64,000 bases of DNA, taken from Raillietiella orientalis. Its lineage: Eukaryota. Within the stretch, counting starts at the first letter, position 1. The number at the start of each line of letters is the position of its first letter. Location of the stretch: assembly GCA_036172245.1 (NCBI GenBank), contig JAYWIR010000003.1, forward strand, positions 5,456,001-5,520,000, in the 5' to 3' direction. Below, in pieces: positions 1 to 10,650 of the stretch. A program made the translations under genes and the position numbers. A model generated the notes under the pieces. It was not told the origin of the DNA and ran no database searches. It saw nothing but the letters and a program-made list of their open reading frames with translations.

Positions 1-2564
1 TGTTACGAAGCCGCGGCGGTCTGACCCAACCTCGCCTTTCCCAGAGCCGCTGACAATCGCTGAGGAGCTCGAGGGGAGGGGGGGGGGGGGAAACATGCCC
101 GGGACGCACGACGAGGGCAGAACCAGGGATGCGCACGGACGACTGATCGCGGGCGCCGGGAACGACCACCTCGCTGACCACACACTGCCGGCAGATTCTT
201 TTTTGCCCCCTTTTTCGGTTCGCTCGGGAGGGGCATGCCGAGAACCCACCCGTTTGGCGCGCGGGTAGCAGAAGCGCTCCCGGGAACCTGCATGCCACGT
301 GGAAGACGTCCGGCCCAACGGCAGGGAAGGAAAAAGGAAGGCGCAGAGCAGATGGGACGGCACCACTTTGCTTATTTCCGCGATAGCGGCGGCGCGGTGC
401 ACCGCCTCGGAGCGAGCAGTGGCATGTGCTGGAGAAGCGCGCACGAGACGGTGCGCTTTGGGGAGATGGGGAGAGGGAGCACATCACTGCACGAACCCTT
501 CCACAGCCACAGCACACGGAACCCGGACCGCAGGCCGATAGTGGACGGATAGACTGCGAAGGAGATGACGTCCCGATTGCCAGCAGAGGGCAAGCGGGGG
601 GCACGAATAATAAGGAAGGGGAAGGAGAGTCCTGGTTGCGGCTGCAAAGTGCCATGAGAACGGGGCACCTGTTACCGAGAAGGTGGAAGCTGGACGACGT
701 CACCCTTCCTTCTTCCTTGAAACTTCGTACGTGAACCCATCGAAACGGTGTGAGTTCAAAGGAGACGAGCATCGCGTTCAACTCTCGCGCGGAAGTCTCG
801 ACGGAGTTCCGCCCGCTACCATTCGGGGGAAATGTGAAACTTTTCTAGTAAAGCAAAGGCCTCGCAGATGGCGGTTAAGGTGCACAGCGAGGAGAATAGC
901 GAAACGTGCGGCGGAGCCGGCGGCGGCGCAGGGCGCTTATTTTTCACGCACGCGTGCTCGCGTCAGCAGCAGCATCCTCTTTTCATCCTCCCCGGTTCCT
1001 TCTGCCTTTTGTATGAGGGGCTGGTGTGGAGGAGTTGCGGAGAGGCTGGGAGGAAGGGGCGCAATCGTTCCGATCCCGCGTGGCGGTGGGCACGCGTGCG
1101 CTCCTCGTGGGGAAGGGCAGCCTCACTAGGAGGCACGTGGGAGGGCGGGACCGGGAGACGGTCGACAGAAGGGCACGTCTCATTTCCACGACGGCAGGGT
1201 AGCATAGTCCCTTGCACCCCACCCCCCCGCGTTCGACGCGGCGAAGGTGGCTGCCACGCATGGGCAGCAAGACGGGCGGGTGCGGTGCCGCCCTCACGAT
1301 GCCCCTCTAGCTGAGAGGACTTTGGGACTACTCGTCCCCCTGTCATCCCGGATCCATCCTGGGTTTTTTTTTTTTTTTTGCTATTTGTTTCCCTTTCTCT
1401 CTGGAATGCCCTCGTGACCTGCGTCGCTCGCGTCTCCATCCAGCTCCCCGGTCGGTCCCCATAGGAGCGGAGGGAGAAAAAGAGGGATGGGGGATCGGAC
1501 CGACCACCACCCCCTCACCCCTGCAGCTCTATCGTCCTTGCATGTTCCCCCCTTTCCTCCGGGACACGTGTGAGGAGCAGGGCGGCTCCCCAAACTCGTC
1601 GCAGCCGGAGCCGCGGAGCCTTGCAGATGGGGAAGCAGCGCCACGCGGCGGGGCTCCTCGGAACTTACTAGCGAGCGCGCCGTCGCCCCTTTCTCGGGTA
1701 TTTCCGCTGCGTCCCTCCGTCAGTCTGTCCCTCTCCCCCCGCCAAAGAGGGAGGGGGAGGGTTCCGGCTCTTCCCCCTTTCCAAAGGGGAGGGGGAGACG
1801 TGACGGTGGCTGCGGCGCGTGCGCGCGCGACTTCCGCCGAGGACGAGGGTCAACGACCGGGAGGAGGGGGGGAGGAGGCATCCCGCCACGGCGAGGGGAG
1901 CCGGCTCGCACGCGTCCCCCTTTTTCCCCCCACCTCTGGGCGCGCCCGCGATCCCGCGGGAGGGACCGCGGACCCTTCCCGCGCTCAGGAAGGGGGCTGC
2001 GCTCGCGTGCGCGGCCGCCGTTGCCACAGCAGGGACGGACGGCGGCGGGGAAGGGGGGGGGAGGAGACCTGGCGCCTTCGAAACGCGTTCGTCTTTCTGC
2101 CCGTCCCCTATTTTACTTCTTCCTACTCCCCCGTTTCTTCTTTTTCAATGCGTGTCAGAGCCCCAAGGATGGTGAAGGAGTCCAAGGGTCCGGCGAGAAG
2201 GGCGATGGACGGGGAGTAGCCTCTCCTCTGACCTCCACCCCCCTCGCTGCCGACCCCCGCGCGACTCTCCAGAAACTGCGCTTCCTGCCCTCGCTCCCCC
2301 ACCTCTGCTCGCGCCGTTCCCCCGCGCATCCTCGGTCGCGCAGAGGCGAGGCTGCCACTGCGTTTATCGACCGGCGGCCGCCTTCAGAGCCGCCGCGTTC
2401 TCTGCCGGCAGGCGGTGGAGTCAGGGAGCGCGCCCTCCGCCTCCTCCTCGGGAGCTGCGCGGAAGGCGCTGCCCGGCAGCACCGCCGCGGGCGGTCGTAT
2501 CCGGGGAAACGCGAGGAAGCGGGCCCTCCCGCGACGGTCCCGGCGCAGGAAAGGATCCACTTAC

Positions 2565-2647
2565 CCCTGGGAGCGTTCTCTGCTCGTGGAGGGTGTTCTG
2601 AGCCCGGATGGCGCTATCCCGGTCGCAGTACGTGAGGAAGGCGCATC
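2565..2647 (-). CDS. CELF4: CELF3-6 (Bruno-3/UNC-75-like) RNA-binding protein, second coding exon: C-terminal half of RRM1 ([28 protein letters not shown])
   Basis: Translation matches the CELF3-6 RRM1 RNP1 region (GCAFLTYC...A..AQ..LHEQ.TLPG). Minus-strand acceptor is CTAAC branch (2670-2674) + ccctttctgcttcttttcAG (AG 2649-2648); donor is GTAAGT at 2564-2559. Length 83 nt = 2 nt + 27 codons, phase 1 in and phase 0 out, joining the upstream exon in frame (G|GA = Gly). The symbol denotes the subfamily (arthropod bru3), not a proven 1:1 orthology. Confidence 0.95.
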
Positions 2648-3276
2648 CTGAAAAGAAGCAGAAAGGGGCGTTAGGTGGGCGCGTGCATCCCGGAGAGCCC
2701 CCCGGGGCGCGCGCGACCTGCGGCACCAAGTGCGTAGTGCTGGAATCAGCAGCTCCCCGCCTCCGCAACCGGTGACCACGGGAGGATCCTCTCTGACAGG
2801 GAGCGGAGGGAAAAGGAGAGGAAGGATGCTGCGTCCCTCCTTTCGCTCCTCCTCGATCGCACGCCGCCCCGTCCATGCGCGTCCCACCACCGGGAGGAAT
2901 GCTTCGCTTCCCCCCCCCCCTTCCCCCTCTTCCTGCTCCCCACTCTTTGTCCCGATGGCCGCTCCTCACCCCTGCGTATCCTGGGAACTCCCTCTCCGAT
3001 CCATGCCTTGTACAAACAGCAGCAGCTTTTATCTGGGACACGCGAGAGTCCGCCGCTGAAACCCCGTCATCGCTGGTCCCCTAGAGGGCTCCACTGTGGC
3101 TCTGAGCTCCCTGCATCTGCTCCCATCTCTACCGAGCTCCCACCGTCCACATACTGCCGTCGTCTCCTTCCAGTTCTCTTCCGAGTCTGCGGCTCTCAGA
3201 GAAGCGTCTTCTCCGGAGATGCCCCCAGCTCTCCAGGCCCCTCGCCTCCCGGATGGGCCGCTCTCTGGCTCCTCCC

Positions 3277-3307
3277 TAAGATTCCGGTCCGCCTGCAGCC
3301 CCGGCCC
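3277..3307. repeat. 31-bp exact dispersed direct repeat, copy 1 (taagattccggtccgcctgcagccccggccc); probably one end of a small non-autonomous element at ~3081-3307
   Basis: Identical 31-mer at 5158-5188. The far ends are weakly similar (ctagagggctccactgtgg at 3081 vs ctaaagtccccaatgtgg at 4851). Confidence 0.75.
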
Positions 3308-3914
3308 CTTTTCTCGACCGTTCTCCACTTTCGCCGCTTCCATCCTCCGTGCTTCCTCCCGTCCCTGCGGCGTGGGCGCGCGCTCACCCCACCTGCCTCT
3401 CGCTTCCTGCACCCGCCCGCTCCCCGGGGTGCGCGCACGCACTCGCACCCATCTTGCCCTCGGGTTCTCCCGAGCGGCGCTCCAAGGGACCCCGCCGCTC
3501 CGCTTGCTCGTGGGCGCGGCGGGAATCACCGTGGTCTGTCCACGGGCGGCAGAGGGGAGAGGGAAAGGGGGGGGAGGTGAAGAAAATGCGTGTGAGCAGC
3601 CACGTGGCGGCGACAGCAACTTGTGTGCACAAGCCTACGCACACCCCACGCCTGTTTGCGCACGTGCGGTTCCTCTCACCACGCGAAAGACGAATCACGC
3701 AATCGGGGAATGTTCCTGAGAAAAGAGACCTTCCGCGCGAGGTCGCCTGCGACGCCTCGTGGCGAGGAAGGCAGAGCGGCTGCTTTCCTGGTTCCGCATT
3801 CTTCTCCCTTCCAGAACTGCCCCAATTTATGCGCATTCACACAGGTAGCTCCCATTCATCTCGGTTCGCTGCCCTTCTCCTTCTGCTCCCGTTTTCACCA
3901 TACGTACGTACACA

Positions 3915-4213
3915 TACACCATTCTTATTGCTATCATGTGTATGTATACGATTCTTATTGTGATTACATATATACTTACGATTCTTATTGCTATTGTGTA
4001 CATATAGATACGATTCCTATAGTTCTTATATATATATATACAATTCTCATTATCATTAAGTATGTACACACGATTCTTATTGCTTTCATAAACATAAACA
4101 TACGATCACTATTGCTATTATATACATATACACACGATTCTTATTGTTATTATATACATACATCAATGATAGCTGCTGTTATGTGCATATGTATACGATT
4201 CCAATTGCTATTT
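3915..4213. repeat. AT-rich minisatellite, about 10 units of 30-32 bp (core tacgattcttattgctatt plus an alternating TA/CA tail)
   Basis: The core acgattcttattg and its variants recur at ~30-32-bp spacing, with an abrupt AT-rich composition inside GC-rich DNA. Confidence 0.9.
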
Positions 4214-5157
4214 AAGAGTCGTATGTGGATGTATATAATAACACGAAGAATTGTATGTATGTACATAATGGCAGTTATCGTGAAAACGAAAACAATAAGA
4301 TGGAAGTCAACTCGAAGCCACCGAAGGTCAGTAAGTAATGCGTGTACGTGGACATCAGAGTGACTCTTGTGATGTGATGCTGCGCAGAAACAGCTCGGCT
4401 TTGTTTCCGTAGCCAAGCGGCCCCGCCAACTCGTTTACGTATCCCACCGGGGATGAGGGTCCAACAGGCAGACCGCTCTTCCCCGTGTTTTCCCTCTTCC
4501 TCATTGCAATGCACGCGCAGGATCTTCTTGCGGTGTCACCGACGCAGGATGTGTTTGGGAACACCACGTGTCATCCTTCTTCCAGGAGACTTGTTTTCAA
4601 CAGCCGGCGCCCGCGGAAGACAAGCAACTTTTGCCCTTTTCCCCTTCTTTTCCTGTTTCCCTGAAGGAAAGACTACGGGGATGCGTTTTTCTGGCAGTCC
4701 GCGCGATGAAATTCGCGGGAACACGAAGGCATCAATGAGAGGAAGCCGAGAGAGCCTTCCTCGCAACAGCCCCTAATATTTTTGAAAATAACTCGGTTGT
4801 TTATCGAAAGGATGCCCGGAAGCTGGAGGCGACGGCGAAAACAAAGTTATCTAAAGTCCCCAATGTGGAGCTCTCGTCATGCAGAGATGTCTGAAAGAGG
4901 AGATGGAGAGATCTGCAGCTCGGTTCCGAGATGATCGAGGGAGCCACGCTGTCCTGGACGGGTACCCGGGTTCATCAACGAGCCGGAAGACCCGTCTCCA
5001 GAGAAATCGCTCGTGGATTTCGCAGAATTGTGTGACACTCCCGTTCTCTCCTTCTTCCGCGAAATCGCCGTTAAGGTGAGCGCCCGGCGCGGGGAAGAAC
5101 GCGGAAGGACCGCGAGATCCCCTCCCGGAATGTTGACCAAAGACCACTCGGTTCCAT

Positions 5158-5188
5158 TAAGATTCCGGTCCGCCTGCAGCCCCGGCCC
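5158..5188. repeat. 31-bp exact dispersed direct repeat, copy 2 (putative element ~4851-5188)
   Basis: Identical to 3277-3307. Confidence 0.75.
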
Positions 5189-6199
5189 AGGCACCTCCCC
5201 AGCAGACGAGGTAGGAAAACGCCCGATGGGCCACCAGGGAACTCCGGAATCGCGGGACTTTCCGATAGGGACGCAATCCCGTTGCTCATCTGGGAACGGG
5301 AGCTATGCGTGAGACAGCAGCAGGAAACGAAGGCGGAGAAGTCGAACTCCGGCGGAAGGTAGGAAAGGCTGACAAGAAGAGGGAGTTCGAGCTTCCTCCC
5401 CCAGGTGGAGTTCGGGAGCGCGAGAACGCTTCCAGGTTCCCGAAGATTTCCCGTTCCCACGGAAACGATTGGAATTTCGGTCCGAGCAGACAGACAACGC
5501 AAAAGGTGTTCGATCATATTACTTCCATGCCGAAAGGATTTCTTCTCGCGCACGGCAGGAGGAAACAATTCCGGCGGAAGGAACGTTCTTCTGCCTGACG
5601 GCACCAGCTTGCTGCAGGGCATCCATCCTCCCACTTCAAGCGACACCGAGAGGGCCGTGTCCAAACGCCTCAAGCTTCCCGTCTCGTTCCCAGAGAACCC
5701 GTGCTGATTGCGTGCACCGAGAGTTTGGGCAATGGCGCGGGAGGGACAGGAGACGGAAAGGAGAGGAGGCGCCGGGAGTAACGCGCATGCGCGCTCTGCC
5801 AGTGGAGGAAGCACTCGATCCTGCGCAACCCCCTTGCCGTGGGAAGGCGACAGCTGGCTCTCCCCTGGCCTCTTCCTTGGAGAACTGCGCACGGGTGCGT
5901 CCGCGCCTGTGCACCGCGGACTCGTCGTCGTGGATGCGAACTCGATTGAGGAACGATCTCTCGGGGCTCCGCATTAACTGGAGATCGCCGAATCTTCCTC
6001 CCGGAAATCTTCCTCTCAGGAGCTGCTGCGACCTTCTGGCCACCCAGAGGCATGAGCGCTGAGTATTCGATGCTGCACTCGGATGCCCACGGTAACAATC
6101 CCAGAGGATAGCTCGAAAGACGTCCGCGACCTTAACCGGATGGCCGAGAAGCAGGTGTTTGGCAACTCACTTCGTCTGCACTTTCCGCTCATCAGGAGG

Positions 6200-7250
6200 A
6201 TTCTGCCTTCCGCCGTGAAGCGAAGGATACCATCCGCGAGCTGAAGGCAGAACGGAAGGGACTTCTAGAAGATCTTCCCGAACGGGATCGCGTTCGCGAA
6301 GCGACAGCTTCCGGATGATGAGCACGAGCTTCTAAGGAAATGCGAGGGCAAACCAGCCGGTGTAACGTGCGAGTTATCTGAAGGTGAGGACGCGAGGAAA
6401 CGAGGGCGCATTTCGGGAGCCATTCTCTTCCCAGGAAGGGGAATAGAGAGGGATGCCATCTTCCCTGCTTTCTTCCGAACGCATCCCGAAAGCGACGCGA
6501 TGTTTCAGGAAGATCGCGACAGGGAACGCTCCTCCGCAGATCACGAGACATGCGGTGAAGAAGATCGGAAATGTGCGAGCGAGCTGCTGGTGCTGCTGCG
6601 GCAGGACCTGAAGAAGAAGAATCGACGGGCGCGTAGATAAAAGAAATTCGAGATGCTGAGCGGTGATTTGAGATGAAGCACGAGGGGGAGGAGGGAGGGG
6701 GAGGCAAGGGAGAAGAGCCGAATGTCTCAGCGGCCGTCCGATACGCCTGCAGTATATCGGAGGAAAGGTGGCCGAAGAGAACTCCGTGCAACCCTCGTCC
6801 AACAGGCATCAACATGCTCCGAAGAGAGGGGGAACGGTGCCGTCCAAGGAAGGCCAATAAGGGAGAGTCCCAGATTCACCCGGCAGGATGGAGCACTCGG
6901 CAGGATCCTATGGTCTGGGATTCCCTGAGGTCTCCGCGAATCCCCTGAGGCTGCTTGCGAGGAGGAGCAACGTGCTGGGAGCCTACGCAGGTGAGAGAGC
7001 TATCGGAACCCACCGAGGCGGGGGCGGCTGGAGATGGTTGAGGAATCCGGTGGAGGACCGCTGCAGGTAGGAGCTTGGAGGCAGACATCGTCCATGGAGA
7101 TATTTAGATGCGCATGCCGTGGATACTCGATATTTGGATGCGAACTTTTAGACGATTTTCACGCCGATCAGCTGATGGCGTTCGTCTTCCTCCTGAGCAC
7201 GTGCGCCGGTGGCGACAGCTGACGGGGGCTCTCATTTGCTTCACGATTGG
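6200..7250 (+). mobile_element. Highly decayed P-element/THAP9-like transposase relic (N-terminal to central part)
   Basis: Colinear motif remnants read by eye: IPKATRCFRK at 6483 (cf. SPKAYxxLR), RC*AVI*DE at 6651-6677 (cf. CxLxFDEM), INMLRREGERCRP at ~6808 (cf. VFMxRGLxxxWKQP), LPPEHVRRWRQL at ~7190 (cf. DPPHLLKxxRN). Contains stops and frameshifts. Confidence 0.45.
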
Positions 7251-8097
7251 ATCCGCCAGCGCACAGCCCCTCGGCCGCCAGCTCGGCAGCGCGACAGAAA
7301 CGGAACAGCTCGGGGTACCCCAAAGGGAAACAAAAAGAGAAAGGAAAACACCGAGAGGGTAAGACCTAGGGCACGCTCCTGCCATGCGGAGAGCCCCTCC
7401 AGGAACGTAAGGACACCAGACGGTCGCTACTGCACGCTCCCTGCTCCACCTCCCGAAAGAAAGAAAAAAAAAAAAAAAACAAGAAAAAAAAGCACTTTGA
7501 TAAGCCCTCTCCTGAATGCTAGAGGTGGAGTCTGAGTCAGTGATCCACGACCTGCTCACGCAAGACAGAACGGGAACGGACGCGAAATCACAGGAGCAGC
7601 TGCTCGCCGACAGTGGGCGCGCTCATGACGGCAGCGGCACGATAAGCCGACGCAGACGCAGTGCACCCCTCCCTGCCTCCCGACGTTCTGACGGCTGGGC
7701 GCGAGTCCCACACGAACAGAAGCAAAATTTGGAGTGGCCGCACATCTGGAAGCCGGAACTTCCGGGTTCGAGTGCTCCTGATGATCGAACCGCGTCAGCG
7801 GGATAGGAGCCGCCGTATAACCAAGGAGGGACACGCCCGGAAAAGGATGGCAGAGGGGTTTCTCGGAAAGTCACCGTTTCGAAGGAATAAAGAAAAAAGG
7901 CCGGGAGGCATTTTTTTTTTTTAAAAGAAAAAAAGCTGGCTAACGGTTATGCCCCTGGAGCAAGTGGCGTCAACCGTCAGGCAGGAAACTTTTCAGGTCA
8001 AGAAGAATCTCCGCGAAAGTTTCTCTCACCGGAGAGGCCACTGAATTATCGGGTGTTTCGAAGAAGGGATTCACGAAGAGATCTCCGACCCCTGTTT

Positions 8098-8133
8098 TAT
8101 TATTATTACTATTATTATTATTATTATTGTTAT
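8098..8133. repeat. (TAT)n microsatellite, imperfect
   Basis: Directly visible. Confidence 0.95.
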
Positions 8134-9086
8134 CATGAAAGAATGCAACAAAATATGTACACAGAATCCGGGACGCGGTCCGCAACACGCGAGCCGCATG
8201 AGGCGGGTGGGAGCTTTCACTGTTCCTTTTTAGAAATGGCGAGGAGCGGATGCAATGATGGTCGACCTCAGAGTGGACCGCTTGGTGCGAGGCACGCGAT
8301 CGGAAGGCGAAGTTTCCACGCCCTGCGTCGGTCACAACTCGCAGGCCGATCGGGCGAAAGCGAAAGCGATCTTTCAGAGGTAATGACGCTTTTGCATCGC
8401 AGCGTCGCAAGTGGCCCAAAGCTTCCTTGCACCTCCATGGAGCTCGCAAGATTTCCACGCTCGTCAGATCGCAAGGGATCTCGAGGCTCATTGTAAACCA
8501 CGTCTGCCCGAATGGAACGCAAACCAGATATCTTCTTTTTCATCCCCAGAGATGCTCCCATTAGTCATGTGAAAGCGGCAAAGCAGGGCAGCCAGTCCCT
8601 GTCGTGAACAGGAAAGGGAGCATTTCCACGATAAGCTCCAAGGTGATGAGTACTGCTCCTCTCGGATGCTTCGTGGATTACCCACAGCAAGCATCAGTAG
8701 GTACCAATCGATAAACGAAACCGAGGAAGATCGCGGGAAGCGAAGGAAAAGCAAAGGAAAGTGACGCTGAAACGGGGTGCTTTTGTCTCTAAGCAGGAAA
8801 CTGGAAAGCAGTCCAACGCCCTCACGTAGCTGGGATTCCCTGACCTAGAGATGGGCCTAATGAAGCAGCATCATGGGAACAGAGAGAAATTCAATATTTG
8901 ATGCAGCGTCACAGGGAGACGGAGAGATCCTTTCAGCTTCCAACAAATTCCGTCTTCTTTGCCACCGATTGCTCGGGCTGCGCGCGGAGACTTTTCCTGA
9001 GCTCCCTTGCTGTCGCTGATCTTGTGTTTCCAAGAGATCGAAAGCCGATTGGATTCTCCCTCCCCCCTTCCAGCATCCAAGCCTCG

Positions 9087-9091
<5 letters not shown>

Positions 9092-9125
<34 letters not shown>
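9092..9125. repeat. (TG)17 microsatellite; reads (CA)n in the CELF pre-mRNA
   Basis: Directly visible. Confidence 0.95.
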
Positions 9126-9126
<1 letters not shown>

Positions 9127-10079
9127 ATATGATTCGGATCTCGAGCTCAACGTGAGAGAGCAAAGAAGAGCATGGCTGAGGCTCCGCCGGCTCTCAAAGA
9201 AGCAAATAGGGCGCGTTTGTTTACGTAAAGGATAAAACAAAAGAGTTGGGACCGCTCGATTTTCGCTCCATCGCTCAGCCATCCGGCGGCAAAGTAAGGG
9301 CGGTGCTGGACCTCTGAGAGACGGAAACGTCCAACGGCTGGTCGCCCTTCTCATGCAAGCAACTGGTGAGTTTGACAGAGATCGGCCATTACTCTCTCAG
9401 AGAACCCGTCCACGGCGTGCGTTTATACGACGCCAACCGGAAGAATCGGAGCGGAAGCCGTCTCGATGATCGCAAGCTCGTGGTGAACACTCTTGGGCAT
9501 TCGGCTTGAACCGAGAGAAAGTGGTCGAAGGCCATCATCGAAACCTTCCTGCCGTCAGCTACCCTTGAAGGGATCTCGGGCACGTCATCCTATCGCTGGT
9601 TTGGTCGACGTGCCTTCATCTTCCTGCACCCCTGACCCTCCTCCGATGACAAGGGGCAGCAAACTCCTTCGTAGGTTGTGGAATGGAGTGCGAAATTCTG
9701 AGGGCTCACTGAGCGCATGTTCCAGACAGGACGCGGAGCATTCCCGATGGAATTTCTTTTTTTTTTTCTCTGAACGAGATCAAAAGTTCACGTGCATCGT
9801 GCTCGCAGCTGTTTCTGAAGAGGTGTCTCCCACACCATGAGATGCTTTTGACATTCCTTAACGAACTATTTCACTATCTTCCTTTGAAGCCAGTACGGTA
9901 ATTTCCTTCTACGTTAGAAGTCATCTCAATCTCTCGTGTGGCTGCTTACTAATGCGACTACGAGGCAAGACAACGTGGTGCACTCGTAGGAAGCGTACGG
10001 CAGCCACTCAAGCAGATTTTCTCTTCCACTCCCCAATCGAACGTCGAGGAACGACCGTCCGTCCTCCTTGCTATCATTA

Positions 10080-10650
10080 CACTACGTGGCGATTCTCCTC
10101 GAGTGGACAGAGAGGCGGGATGCGCATGTGGAACAGCTGGAAGAAACCATGCAGAGGTTCTTCACAGAGCAAATTTGCTTGGTGCTCACCCCTGACCTGA
10201 AAGTTGACCTGAGATGGTCGGTAAATTGGTGAAGGTATCTTTCCTTCCCATCTTGCGAAGGAGCGGAACTGGTAGCTCCTGCAGTCGACCCGTGTGCTGG
10301 CGAGCATCTTGGCTTCAGTACGGAAAGCGAAAACCAAAACCGAGACGCAAAGGGAAAAACCACCAGGAAGCAGCGATTGGGCATCAAGAGCGAAGGTTGG
10401 TCGACGCGACCGTGGACCGGATACTTTCTTTTTCCAGCCTACCTCATAGCAAGGGGGAAAGAAAAAAAAATCAAAGGGAGGACAGCATTTCTCTGAAGCA
10501 GACGACGGAAGCAACGCAACGATTTTTGTTTTTTTTTGTTTTTTTTGCTCCCGACGTGGTACAAGCAGAGCAGCTCTTCTTTGCATCTCTTGCTGAAGGT
10601 GACTGGTTGCCAAGTGGACGCAATTCGCCTCTCCGTTGCGTCGGGAAATT
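10080..10650 (+). mobile_element. Possible decayed P-like transposase relic (N-terminal region)
   Basis: MQRFFTEQICLVLTPDLKVDLRWS (10149-10220) resembles the FTxxQIxxL...RWS segment preceding the P transposase core; LFFASLAEGDW follows near 10575. Weak, by eye. Confidence 0.3.

Noticed and set aside
3915..4213. Minisatellite as a CRISPR array
   Set aside because: Contiguous degenerate units with no unique spacers, no cas genes, and a eukaryotic intron context.
3623..4363. 246-aa ORF with YDSYCY repeats
   Set aside because: It is a translation of the 30-32-bp minisatellite; unit lengths are not consistently multiples of 3 and there is no splice or codon support.
9092..9125. (TG)n as a CELF autoregulatory UG site
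   Set aside because: The gene is on the minus strand, so the pre-mRNA reads (CA)n.
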